Shown here piece by piece: positions 24,317 through 37,520 of a DNA stretch of 64,000 nt. The notes beneath the pieces are model-generated. The model was not told the DNA's origin. It saw nothing but the letters and a program-made list of their open reading frames with translations, and ran no database searches. Positions within the stretch are counted from its first letter, which is position 1. Each line of letters opens with the position of its first letter. Both the position numbers and the translations under genes were made by a program. Source of the DNA: Octopus sinensis (Eukaryota); assembly GCF_006345805.1 (NCBI RefSeq), contig NC_043009.1, forward strand, positions 8,680,001 to 8,744,000, given 5' to 3'.

Positions 24317-27300
24317 ATACATACAGGGCATAGCTGTGTGGCTAGGAACCTTGTTTCTCACCGGCATAATCTCAGGTTCAGTCCCTGAAGCCTTTTGATT
24401 GAATTTGGTAGGCAGAAATTTCTGTTGTGTGTATACATGTGTGTGAGAGTACATGTGCCTCCTTTAATAGATAAGAGGGGAAAAACATACATATATGAAC
24501 ATAATATCTGTGTGTGTGTGCATGTTTAACCCTTTAGTGTCCTGATTATTCTATCATACATATTGCTAATTGATTCCCATTGATTTGAATTAATCAAGCA
24601 TTATCTCATATCTTCAAGATCTTGATGGTGTAATTACTTAATGTAGAATAACATTGTAGGGTAGGTGTGAGAGCCTGGATCTGATCAGTTTGAACATAAA
24701 ACAGATTAACTATTTTGGCTGGATATGGTCGGTTTAAATACCAAAAGGGTTAAAATGAAAAATGTAAATGCTCCCTAAGCCTTAATGTGCCACCATTCTT
24801 CACCAGCCTGATAACCAAAACTTGGAAATCACATTTACAAATGTTAAGTGAGATGATCTGGAATGGTTCGGCTGAAAATTGAACCTGCACTTCAGGTTTA
24901 ACTTGGAGCAAGCTTCCCACCATTCTCTGATGCTCTGTCTCTCTCCCCTCTCTCTCTCTCTCTCTCTCTCTCTCACCTTTACACACATACATACACAGTT
25001 TTTAATGGATGATAGGATACAGATTTAGACACATGAGGAAGTGTTATGTTTCAAGATCATTAACCCTTTCGTTACTGTAATTATTTTGAGATATTCTGTG
25101 TTTCTTTCAATCATTTTTAAATGTAGCAAAGAATTTAGTAAAATAACTAAGTTATCATTCAGCTAGTGTTAGGAACATAAATTGTGACTAAGGTTTGGTG
25201 AAGGATTTTAATTCAAAACTTATGAAAACAAGACATTTGTACTCAGAGCCAGGGCCGGTTTTGGTTGGGTTGGTAACGAAAGAGTTAAACTAACTTACAT
25301 CACTGAGAGGGATATTAAAAAAAAAAAGGTTTAGTAATGATGGAGCCCCTGTACAATTGTACAACCTGCTATAACTAGCTGTAAAATCTCCTTCAAACCA
25401 CATCATATTGTCTTAGAAATATTCAATAAATCAGTTCGAGATATGCACAGTTTATAAAAAAAAATTTAATCAGATGATCACAGCCTTTCACTTAAGCCTG
25501 CTCACTTTCATGATAACTTCAGAGTTAAACAACAACAACAGCAACAACAGACAGACAAACAGTCAACGCAGAATATGCAAATGAATTAATGTGTGTGTGT
25601 GTGTGTGTGATTTCACCCGAGTTCTGTTTAACTTTGTGTTTCTCTTTGTTTTATTTCCAGGAAAAGGATGTAACAAGAAAATCGTTTCTTCTTTGTGGTC
25701 TGACTCCTTACACAATGTACAATTTCAGTATATCTTGCCTTCCTCAGCTCACTAATAAACCATTCTGGAGTGACAAAACCAAGATAACTTTCAAAACACC
25801 ATCAGAAGGCAAGTAAAGATTTATGGGAAATCTTATTGATTGTTTAGTCTGTATTTTTGCATGAGTGTGTGTGTGTGTGTGTTTTGGATGGGTGTATGCA
25901 TATGTTGTTTTATATATCATCATCATCATCATACAGTGTTTTAAATTCAGGTTTTGTCCTCATTAACTGAGGTGACCGGATCTATCCCTAACAATAAATA
26001 TAGGATAAACATAACTAGACACCAGTTGTGAGTGGTTCGGTGTTATGAAGGGCATCCGGCTGTAAAAATCCTGCCAAAACATTTACAGAAGTCTGGTGCT
26101 GGCTTCAGCCTGGCTGGTTCTTGTGGTACCATCCCACCCATGTTAGCATGAAACACAGATGTTAAATGATGATGATGACGAAGTTGCACCAGACATCTTT
26201 TATCGACATATACAAAGTGTTAGACCTGTGTATTGATTATAAATGCCTGATCAAACGTGTCAGTTTACTTGAACAGATCTGACTATGCTTATACACCAAG
26301 AACCACTATAACATATTAGTAAACAGCTTTAACAACTTGATGATGTGTCTGAATATGACTGAATAATTTCACGAAGATTTTGAGCTCATGCTCTTCAACA
26401 GAGACTAGGAAAGAAAACAAAAGCGTTGTTTGCTTGGCTGATAGTACCTTAAATAGTCTTGTGCTTGAGGAGACCTATTGAGTCAAGTACATCAACATAA
26501 AAAATCAATGGAAATTGTAGTTGTGATCCCTGTGCCGGTGGCACGTAAAAAGCACCATCCGAAGGTGGCCGATGCCAGCGCCACCTCGACTGGCTTCCAT
26601 GCCGGTGGCACGTTGCCAGCCTCGCCTGGCACCTGTGCCAGTGGCACGTAAAAAACACCCACTACACTCACAGAGTGGTTGGCATTAGGAAGGGCATCCA
26701 GCTGTAGAAACACTGCCAGATCAGGCTGGAGCCTGGTGCAGCCTTCTGGCTTCCCAGACCCCGGTTGAACCGTCCAACCCACGCTAGCATGGAAAACGGA
26801 CGTTAAAAGATGATGATGATGATGATGCCATATAAACAGCACCTGTGAATTGTAGTCGTGGTCACTGCCAGTGCCATGTAAATGGCACCTGTACCGGTGG
26901 CATGTAAAAGTACCCATTACAGACCTAAATTGGTTGGCATTAGGAAGGGCATCCAGCTGTTAAAACCATGTCAAATCAGACTGGAACCTGGAGCTGCTCC
27001 AGTCAAACCATCAAACCCATGCCAGAATGGAGAGCAGACATTAAATGATGATGATGACTACAGAGATAATTCTTTGATTTATTTATTTATTTATTTTGTT
27101 TAATTATTTCAGTTCCTGAGAAAGCACCTGCTATACCCGGTACTTATTTCAGAATGGTCCAGCAGACGAACAAACACTGTTCTCAAGTTATACTGTATTG
27201 GAAAGTATGTTACCTATTGTATAAGTTTATCTATGTTGACAGGTGTTATAATGAATTTAAATCTAGATTTGACTCAAACTTTATATATGAAAAGCAAAGT

Positions 27301-27640
27301 TGACTCTGATGATATTTCCAACTCAAAAAAAACATGAAAGATTCTTAACTTAAATATTCCATCATTGGACTATGACCATGCTGGAGCACTATATCCAAAT
27401 GTTTTTAGTCAATTTAGCCACAGGTCAGTCCTGATCAAGCAGACCTGTGATCAAAGATGCTTTTGCTATGATCTTCCCGTTTTTTTTATATATTTAGGGC
27501 AATGTTTCTCAACCTTTTTACACTTGCGTAACCTTTATAATAAATTACATGTCTTGAGGAACCCCTGTACAAAAAAATTATATGCCATACCTCTCTCATA
27601 TTTTTTTCATCATAGTTCACGTAGTAAATGTCATATACAC

Positions 27641-27672
<32 letters not shown>

Positions 27673-27682
27673 GCACACACAC

Positions 27683-27716
<34 letters not shown>

Positions 27717-30700
27717 CACACACATATATATATTATGATCATGAAATTAGCATTAGCTTATCTCACTCTTTCTCGTGGAACCCCTGGGAAATTTTGTGGT
27801 ACTCTAGGGTTCCGGGGAACCCTGGTTGAGAAACACTGATCTAGGGCTTTATTGTCAGATGTGCCCTACTTTTTACTCCTTTCCTTCTTTTATTTTTTTT
27901 AAAGATGGTAGAATGTAATTTACATTCAGAGATTTGACTAACATTTCTAGCAAACCATGCAGCCACATAGAGGTTACCTTATTAACTTTTTTACATGTTT
28001 TATTCCACTTTACTGACATGAGTTCTTCATTGTTTTAATTTTCAGAAAGTTCCTCTTCGATTTCAATACGGTAAACCTCAGGGCTTCTTGATTCAGTACC
28101 GGCCAAAGCATGAGAACTGGATGGAGGTGGAGGTGCGACAAGGACTTGCCTCTGCAATGATTTGCCTCAGAGCTGATAAAGCCTATGAGTTGCGTCTTTA
28201 TGCCAGAAATGACGTTAATTTCTCTACAGGATACTCAACTCTGTTCATTGAAACTGTGGATGGAAGTAAGTTGCCTTCAAGCTTAGACTTCTGTGAGAGA
28301 ATTACCTTCATTCTGATATAAGTTGCCTTCAAGCTTAGACTTCTGTGAGAGAAGTTCCTACATTCTGATATAAGTTGCCTTCAAGCTTAGACTTCTGTGA
28401 GAGAAGTTCCTACATTCTGATATAAGTTGCCTTCAAGCTTAGACTTCTGTGAGAGAATTACCTTCATTCTGATATATTCAATTTGCTAAATAATGGTTCC
28501 TCTCACTGTGTTACTGCATAGGAGTGACACCAAAATTCAAAATAACTATCTATGAAATTTCTTATCTCTTTAATCTCTATATATATATATTTCTTAACTA
28601 CCCACAAGGGGCTAAACACAGAGGGGACAAACAAGGACAGACAAACGAATTAAGCCGATTACATCGACCCCAGTGCGTAACTGGTACTTTATTTATCGAC
28701 CCCGAAAGGATGAAAGGCAAAGTCGACCTCGGCGGAATTTCATCCTTTCGGGGTCGATAAATTAAGTACCGGGTCATAGTGTTAGTGTATATTAAGTATC
28801 CAATTCTAACATTAAAACTAAATTTTTAACATTAAAATCAGCCTAACTTTGTTGGAGTTCTTAAAAGTTTTTAATGTGCAGTTTACCATTTTCTTAGTGA
28901 ATTTTCATTCCAACCGTGTGAAACTAAGTAAATTCAGGCTCTGTGTATGATATTGTAATTTAAGAATGTAATTTAAATGTTGCTGCTTGTTTGTCACTGC
29001 TATTGTCATTACACTCAGTGGTAGAAAGAATTACAATTTACAAGTAACATTAGTCCAGAAATCATTCTTATGGATTCTGTATAGTCTGAAAAGGATTTTG
29101 TATGATTCATGGTGTGAGTGACACCATAAGTTACCACTGCACCCTGTGATACAAACGGCTGTGTAACTGGGAAGGAGCAGTCCATCCCAAGTGATGCTTT
29201 TATGGGGGCAGCCCCTTTGGGTCTGCTGCATAAACTTGTATAAGTTTGGGGGACAGGGAAATGGCAAACCTGGGCTTCTGTAAGAGAAGTACCTACATTC
29301 TAACACAGGTCACTTTACTAAATAATGATTCCACCCACTCATGTTACTATATAGGGGTAGCACCAAAATTCAAATTTATTGTATGATATTTTTCAAAATC
29401 ACTTACCTAACTAAATCATGCATGCTCCCATATACATATATGCATTCACACACACACACTTACATATATATATCATCATCATCATCATCATCATTTAACG
29501 CCTGTCGTCCATGCTGCCATGGATTGGATGGTTTGACTGGGTTGGCATGCTGGAAGGCTGCACCAGACTCCAGTCTGATGTAGCATGACACAGAGTGTGA
29601 CAAGGCTGGCCCTTTGAAATACAGGTACAACAGAGACAGAAAGAAAGAGTGAGAGAAAGTTGTGGTGAAAGAGTACAGCAGGATTCACCACCATCCCCTG
29701 CCGGAGACTCTTGGAGCTTTCGATGTTTTTGCTCAATAAACACTCACAATGCCCGATCTGGGAATCGAAACCGCGATCCTGCGACTGCGAGTTCGCTGCC
29801 CTAACCACTGGGCCATTGTGCCTCCATTGCCTTGATTACAACTACATTATTAACACAAACAAACTAAGTCCGTAACAAGCTTTAGCCATCATGGTCATCA
29901 TTGTCACTATCATCATCGTTCCTACCACCCTCACCATCACCACCACCACCATCATCAATTCTAATGTTTATTTTTTTACCATGTTGACATGAATGTGGTG
30001 TATCCTCCTCCTCCTCCTCCTCCTCATCATCATCATGTCTGCTTCTCTATGCTGACATCAGTTGGACTGGTATATTTCGGCACAGTCTCTCATCACTTGT
30101 TCTAATCCTTCGGCATTTTTTTTTCCATGAGGTCCAGCATCCTGTAACCAGATCTCACTACTTCTTCCCTCATCTTTTTGCAGCCTCCTTCCACTTACAT
30201 TTCCTGACTATATTTCTAGCACTGCCCAATAAATTACACTGTACATGTAACTTAGATACAGTGCAAGTCCTGATCATGTAATAGGTGTGGCAGTATTTTA
30301 TATGTCAGACGGTGTATGTAAAGTCAAAGTCAAAACAGAAATTTTGTTTGTTTTACTTTTTTGTTTATTTTTTTCATTCACATTAAAATATTTCCCATCA
30401 TCATCATCATCATCATCATCGTTTAGCATCTGCTTTCTATGCTGGCATGGGTTTGACTGGAACTGGTAAGCCACAGAGGTGCACCAGATTGCAGTCTGAT
30501 TTGGCATGATTTCTACAGCTGGATACCATTCCTATAATGACAACCACTCCCAAGAGTGTAATGGGTGCTTTTTATGTGCCAACAGCACGGGTGCCATTTA
30601 CATTACACTAGCAATGGCCACAACTATGATTTCATTTGGCTTAACGAGTCTTCTCAAGCACAGCATATTGCCAAAGATCTTAATCGCTTACCATTGCCTC

Positions 30701-32618
30701 CATGAGGCCCAACATTTGAAGAGCCCTATGGCAACAACCTCACTCAAGTTGCCCCGTAGTGGGACTGAACTACCAGCAACAACCTCATTCAAAAATACAG
30801 TATCTGGTTATAATTATCACATATCTTTACATTCTCTACTTTCTTGCTTTTTTTTATTTTTATGCATTCTTTTAAAAATTTTGTTTTTCTTTATTATTTG
30901 CATATAAGTCTACCTTGGGATACTTACCTAACAACTTTTATTTTCTGTCCACAGGACCTGGACAACCCGTAAATTTCACTGCTGAAACTCTACCTATTAA
31001 AGGGACAAGTTTATATAATTTAACTTTGAGCTGGGGAAGGCCATCGGTAGATGTAAAAGGACTGAAATCTTGGAGATACTTGCTCATGTGGTGCCATAAG
31101 TCATCAAACATTATTTATAACTGTGAAGTAAGTTACTGAATTTATAAATTCTATTTGTAAAGAAAACGAATTTTAGTTTCAGTTGTGTCTCAGATGGTTC
31201 GTTATTCAAATAATAAACATGTACTATGCAAAATCTTTTATCTTTAATCATTAGATTGTGGCCATGCTGGGGCATCGCCTTGAAGAATTTATAGTTGAAT
31301 GAATCCACCCCGGTGCTTACCTTTAAAGCCTGGTACTTATTTTATTGGTCTCTTTTGCCCGACTACTAAGTTACAGAGATGTAAACACCAACAGCGGTTG
31401 TCAAGTGGTGATGGGGACAAACACAGATACAAGGACACGCATACACATACATATATATTTATATATATATATATAGATAGATAGATAGATAGATAGACAG
31501 ACAGATAGATAGGCTTCTTTCAGTTTCCATCTACCAAATCCACTCGCAAGGTTTTGATTGGTCTGAGGCTATAGCAGAAGACACTTGCCCAAGTTGCCTT
31601 GTAGTGGGACTGAACTCAGAACCATGTGGTTGGGAAGCAAGTTTTTTACCACATTTGACGGCAGCCATGCTGGAGCACCACCTTCAAGGGTATTATTAGC
31701 GAAACAAATTGACCCCAGGGTTATTTGTTTTTAAAACCCAGTACTTATTCTATCAGACTCTTTTGCTGAACCATAAATGCACCAACACCAGTTGTCAAGC
31801 AGTGGTGGTGGACAAACACAGACACACACCCATATATATACATATATATATACATATAAATATATAAATACACAAACACACACATGTATATGTATATAAA
31901 GCTAAGCAGAGTTGGCAGTTGAAATAACCATTTAAGGGATAAAAATATCCATTCTTACTACCAGTATTATTTACCTATGCTGTCCCTGGGCATGGGTATG
32001 CAAGCACACTATGCTCATATGGTACAGGTAAATATATATATATATTATATATATATATATAGATAGATAGATAGATAGATAGACAGACAGATAGATAGGC
32101 TTCTTTCAGTTTCCATCTACCAAATCCACTCGCAAGGTTTTGATTGGTCTGAGGCTATAGCAGAAGACACTTGCCCAAGTTGCCTTGTAGTGGGACTGAA
32201 CTCAGAACCATGTGGTTGGGAAGCAAGTTTTTTACCACATTTGACGGCAGCCATGCTGGAGCACCACCTTCAAGGGTATTATTAGCGAAACAAATTGACC
32301 CCAGGGTTTATTTGTTTTTAAAACCCAGTACTTATTCTATCAGACTCTTTTGCTGAACCATAAATGCACCAACACCAGTTGTCAAGCAGTGGTGGTGGAC
32401 AAACACAGACACACACCCATATATATACATATATATATACATATAAATATATAAATACACAAACACACACATGTATATGTATATAAAGCTAAGCAGAGTT
32501 GGCAGTTGAAATAACCATTTAAGGGATAAAAATATCCATTCTTACTACCAGTATTATTTACCTATGCTGTCCCTGGGCATGGGTATGCAAGCACACTATG
32601 CTCATATGGTACAGGTAA

Positions 32619-32657
<39 letters not shown>

Positions 32658-34309
32658 TCAGACTTCTTTCAGTTTCCATTTACCAAATCCTCTCACAAGG
32701 CTTTGGTCAACCAGAGGCTATAGTAGACTACATTTGCCCTGGATGCCACACAGTGGTACTGAACCTGAGACCATGTGGTTGAGAATCAAGCTTCTTACCA
32801 CACAGCCACACCTACATCATGAATTGTGGCCTTTCCCTTAAGCATGGTTGTCCACAACTTTGTATTAGAATAAAACAGCAAATAACATTTTGACATTACA
32901 CTTGAATTGACGTCTAGGTTGTGTGGTGGATGTGTCTGAAAGGATTGAGGAAGGACTCTTTCAACTTTGGTGAATCCCTCATTGACCTTTTCAAGTTCTC
33001 CTTAGAAAGGAAATTGCAGAGATCAAGAGGGAAGTGATCCCTTCTAGTGAATTTGTGAAAAGATGGGTGACTGGTCCTACTCTAAGCATGCACCTGTAGA
33101 TTTGAGAGCACGAGAGAGAGATTGTGGTCAGAGTAAACATGAATCTGCCTGGTATCTTGATTGGCCCTAGCTGGAGTGTCACCTGTAATAGGAGTACTAT
33201 ATTATCTTATACTTTGTATAATATTATGTAATTTCACCAATTTTTTCCATTTCTTCCTCCCCGTCTTTTATGTAAATCCCCACACAAGTTGTTGTCTGTC
33301 CTTGTGATGTCCCCCTCATCAATGCCCTTGTGGCTAATAAAAGAAATTGTTATTGTTATTATTATTATTATTATTATTATCATTACTATTATTATTTTTA
33401 TTATTATTATCTCATAGGACGATCCACAATGGATTCATTTACCAAATTCCATACTTGAACATTCCATGAAGGTTAAAGGTCGTTTTATGAAGAATTTAAT
33501 CTTTGGACTTGCAACCAAAGCCACGTTTGCAGATGTAGAACCAAGACTAGAAGACGGTAGTAAAACTGATTATGGGAAGAATATTAGCAGTGGCTTGGTT
33601 TGGGCTCCGTGCATATTCAGAAAAGACTGGAGTAAGTTGACCCCTTTTTTCTTTTCTATCTCTGTAAGTCATATTATACTTGTAAATCTGAGAGCTCAGT
33701 CCTTTTGACATTTTGGTACCATAATAGGAGTGCAATTACACCTTCAGATTACACCCTTATTAGAAGGAGTGGGTATAGAATAATGTGATACCGAGCGAAT
33801 ATGCCCTGAAAATGACAGTGATCATTGCTGGAATGTCCTTTATAGGCGTGGCTGTGTGGTTAAGAAATGTGCTTCTTAACTGCATGCTTTTAGGTTCGGT
33901 CCCTCTGTGTGGAAGGGAGCTTGGGACAACTACAACCGGGGGCCGACAAAGACTTGTGAGTAGATTTGTTACACAGAAACTGAGAGAATAACGCGATATT
34001 ATTTGGAATCTATGCTCAGGTTATAAAGGGAAATAACTCCGCAAGCTATTTACTGAATACTTAATTTTGCGATTTCAACTTTTTTTTTTTAAATCTTTAC
34101 ATTTTAGTCTTGTGTTCTTTTTGGACCACAAGTCTTGTGACTATGGCCCTAATGAAATTTCACATTAAATGGGGTTTTTTCTGTCGACAGCCTAGTGTTA
34201 ATTTTATTCAAGTTTCTGGTTTCATCAAATCACTAAAATACTCGTCGATGTAAAGGGACGCAACTCGATGCACTGTTTTGCTGTGATGTACATACAAACA
34301 TTTTGTGTA

Positions 34310-34353
<44 letters not shown>

Positions 34354-36203
34354 CACGTCTGAGCTTACTATATATATATATATATAGTAAGCTCAGACGT
34401 GGGTGTGTGGTAAAAAGCTTGTTTCACAACCACATGGTTCTGGGTTCAGTCTCACTGCGTGGCACCTTGGGCAAGCGTCTCTTCTACTGTAGCCTTGTGA
34501 GATGTGGTAGACGGAAACTGAAAGAAGCCCGTCGTATATATATGTATATACATATAATTGTGTGTCTCTTTGCACCCAACCACTGTTTGACAGCTGGTGT
34601 TAGTGTGTTTACATCCCTGTAACTTAGCGTTTCAGCAAAAGAGTCCGACCAAATAAGCATTAGGCTTCAAAAAATAAGTCCTATGGTTAATTTGTTGGGC
34701 TAAACCCCTTCAAAGTGGTGCCCCAGCATGGCTGCAGTCAAATGACCAAAATAAGTAAAAGATAAAAGATGTTTATATATAAATCCAGCAATCCTCACCT
34801 GTTTCTAAGCAAGATAATCTTTTCCCGTGGCCAAACAGAATATTGTTAAGGAATGACACTGCTTGTATGACTATGACAATCATTTTACCACTACCACATC
34901 AAGGCAAGGAGACACAAATATACACATACATATTCTTATATACATACATACATGTGCACACTCACACACACATGACAACCTTTTTTTTAGTTTGTATTTA
35001 CCAAATCCACTCACAAAGCTTTGGTCAGCCCAGAGCTGTTGTAGAAGACACTTGCCCAAGGTTCCACACAGTGGGACTGAACCTGGAAACTTGTGGATAG
35101 GAAACAAACATCTTTGCACACTGCAACTATAATTTTTCAGCTTGCTACAATATGATATACACATCGTTACCCAACTATTTTATATAACGATATCCTTGTA
35201 AGACCTATGTTATACAATCAATTAATTATGTTAATTGATTATAATATATTTGATCAACTAATTATAATTATTCATACATGTTTTTTTTGTTTTTTTACAA
35301 CTTCAGAACCTCTTGAAGCTCCTTCAGGCATGAACTTTGGTGATATCACAGACAAATCTTTACTGATAAACTGGGACGCAATGAAATGTGAAGAATCTCC
35401 AACCCAGATTATTGAGTATCTCATTCATTATTGCCCAATAAACTCTTCGAAAACTTGTCATGGTGAGTGACTCTGCTTTCTTAGTCCCCTTGCTTTCTTC
35501 ACATTAAACTTGGTTTTTAAAATGCAGGGATGTGGGGTGGAGTGAGAGGGTCCATAATTAATTATTGAATCTTTTTTATTTCTTTTATTGCCCACAAGGG
35601 GCTAAACATAGAGAGGACAAACAAGGATAGACAAAGGGATTAAGTTGGTTACATCGACCCCAGTTGATAAACATTATTCAAGGCACAGTATGTTTGCAAA
35701 ATATAGTTTCACTGCATGGCACCTTGGGTGAATATTTTCTACTCAAGCCTTGTACCAACCAAAGCCTTGTGAGTGGATTCAGTAAAAGGAAATGAAAGAA
35801 GCCTGTCATATACAGAGTCCTCCAAAAAAATATATACACACTTCAGGAACGGGAAGAATCTATATGAACGTTTTGATTCAGTGTTATCGCAATTTGACAA
35901 AACACCGAAAGAAGTATCCATAGAGGTACTCATACAAGTTAAATGTTTAAAATAATAATGAAATTATTGTACACAGTGCTCAGGTGCACCACAACTTGTC
36001 AAAAGTGCATATAAAGTATATGCAGTAATGTACAAATGTCTGGAAAGCGAACAATGTATGAGTCAGATACATGCTTGTGTGTGTATGGAGGGGAGGAAAT
36101 CAGGTGTAGTGTTGGCGAATCTCAGAAAGCATGGAAGTTTTGAAGGATGCTTCTTTCCTGAAGTGTGTGTACATTTTTTGGCCAAACTCTGTATATGTAT
36201 ATA

Positions 36204-36236
<33 letters not shown>

Positions 36237-37487
36237 CTTTGTGTCTATGTTTGGAAAGACATCAGGATGTCATTTGAAGATGTTGCTGCTCTTTCTAGCA
36301 GGTTGAATAACCACGTAGCGGCTTCCTCTTTGGTTCATTCTCAAAGTGTCACACATTTATGGGAGTAGCAGCAATAATGAAATCCTAATATCTAAGTGGT
36401 TGCTTGATCTGCCTGACAACTGGTGTCGGTGTGTTTATATCCCCATGACTTAGCAGTCCTGTAAAAGAGACCAGTAGAATCTTATTTTATCAGGCTTTAC
36501 AAAAAATAAGTCCTGGGGTTGATTTATCTGGCTAAAAATTCTTCAAGGTGGTATCCCAGCTTGGCAGCTGTCTTATGACAGAAACAAGTAAAAGATGGTT
36601 ATGGCTAGGATGCCTTTGATCACAGATTTGCTCAATTACAGCTGACCTGGGCTAAACACCAACAATAACAACTGGAAATAAATGGAGCATAAAGCATAGA
36701 TATTATCTGATAGAGCAAGAAATATTATAGAAGTGTGTGCTACAATCCCTTTGTAAAAAGGGACAGAAAGAAAGGGAAAGCAGGGTGAAGTGAGAGGGAG
36801 GATAGAGAATGAGGGTTAGGGAATTTAATGTCCTGAAATAGAGGCTGTTAGCAATCCAAGTATTTTTAGTATCTAGCTTACATACAGTACTGCTTATTAA
36901 TAGATACTGCACTCGGTTCTTCATGCTCTGATTAACAAAACAAAATTACCAAAACTCATTATAGAATCAATTTGCTAATGGCTGTTGGTAAATGTAGTTG
37001 GGATGGTTCAAAACATTGTTGGCCAGATTAACCCAGCACAGTGAAATAATTGGCATACAGATATGATGATGACAACAACAACAGCAGCAACAACACAATT
37101 GTGATGATTGTCATAATAATGATGATGATTAAAAGTTTTTTTTGTTTTTTTTTTTGGTGGGGGGCAGAAGTTTAGTTAATTGCCATCTGTCTTTTATTAC
37201 TCATCTGCTCTCTATTTCCCATAACAACAGAAGACAATGTGAACCAAACATCAAATTCACACCCTTCTCTTGTCTATTTACTCTTTTACTTGTTTCAGTC
37301 ATTTGACTGTGGCAATGCTGGAGCACCGCCCTTTTGTCGAGCAAAATCGACCCCAGGACTTATTCTTTGTAAGCCTAGTACTTATTCTATCAGTCTCTTT
37401 TGCCGAACCGCTAAGTTACGGGGACGTAAACACACCAGCATCGATTGTCAAGCGATGTTGGCGGTGGGAACAAACACAGACACACAA

Positions 37488-37520
<33 letters not shown>

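Noticed and set aside
28267-28474. CRISPR-like array
   Set aside because: Contiguous tandem units with no unique spacers, eukaryotic context, no cas genes.
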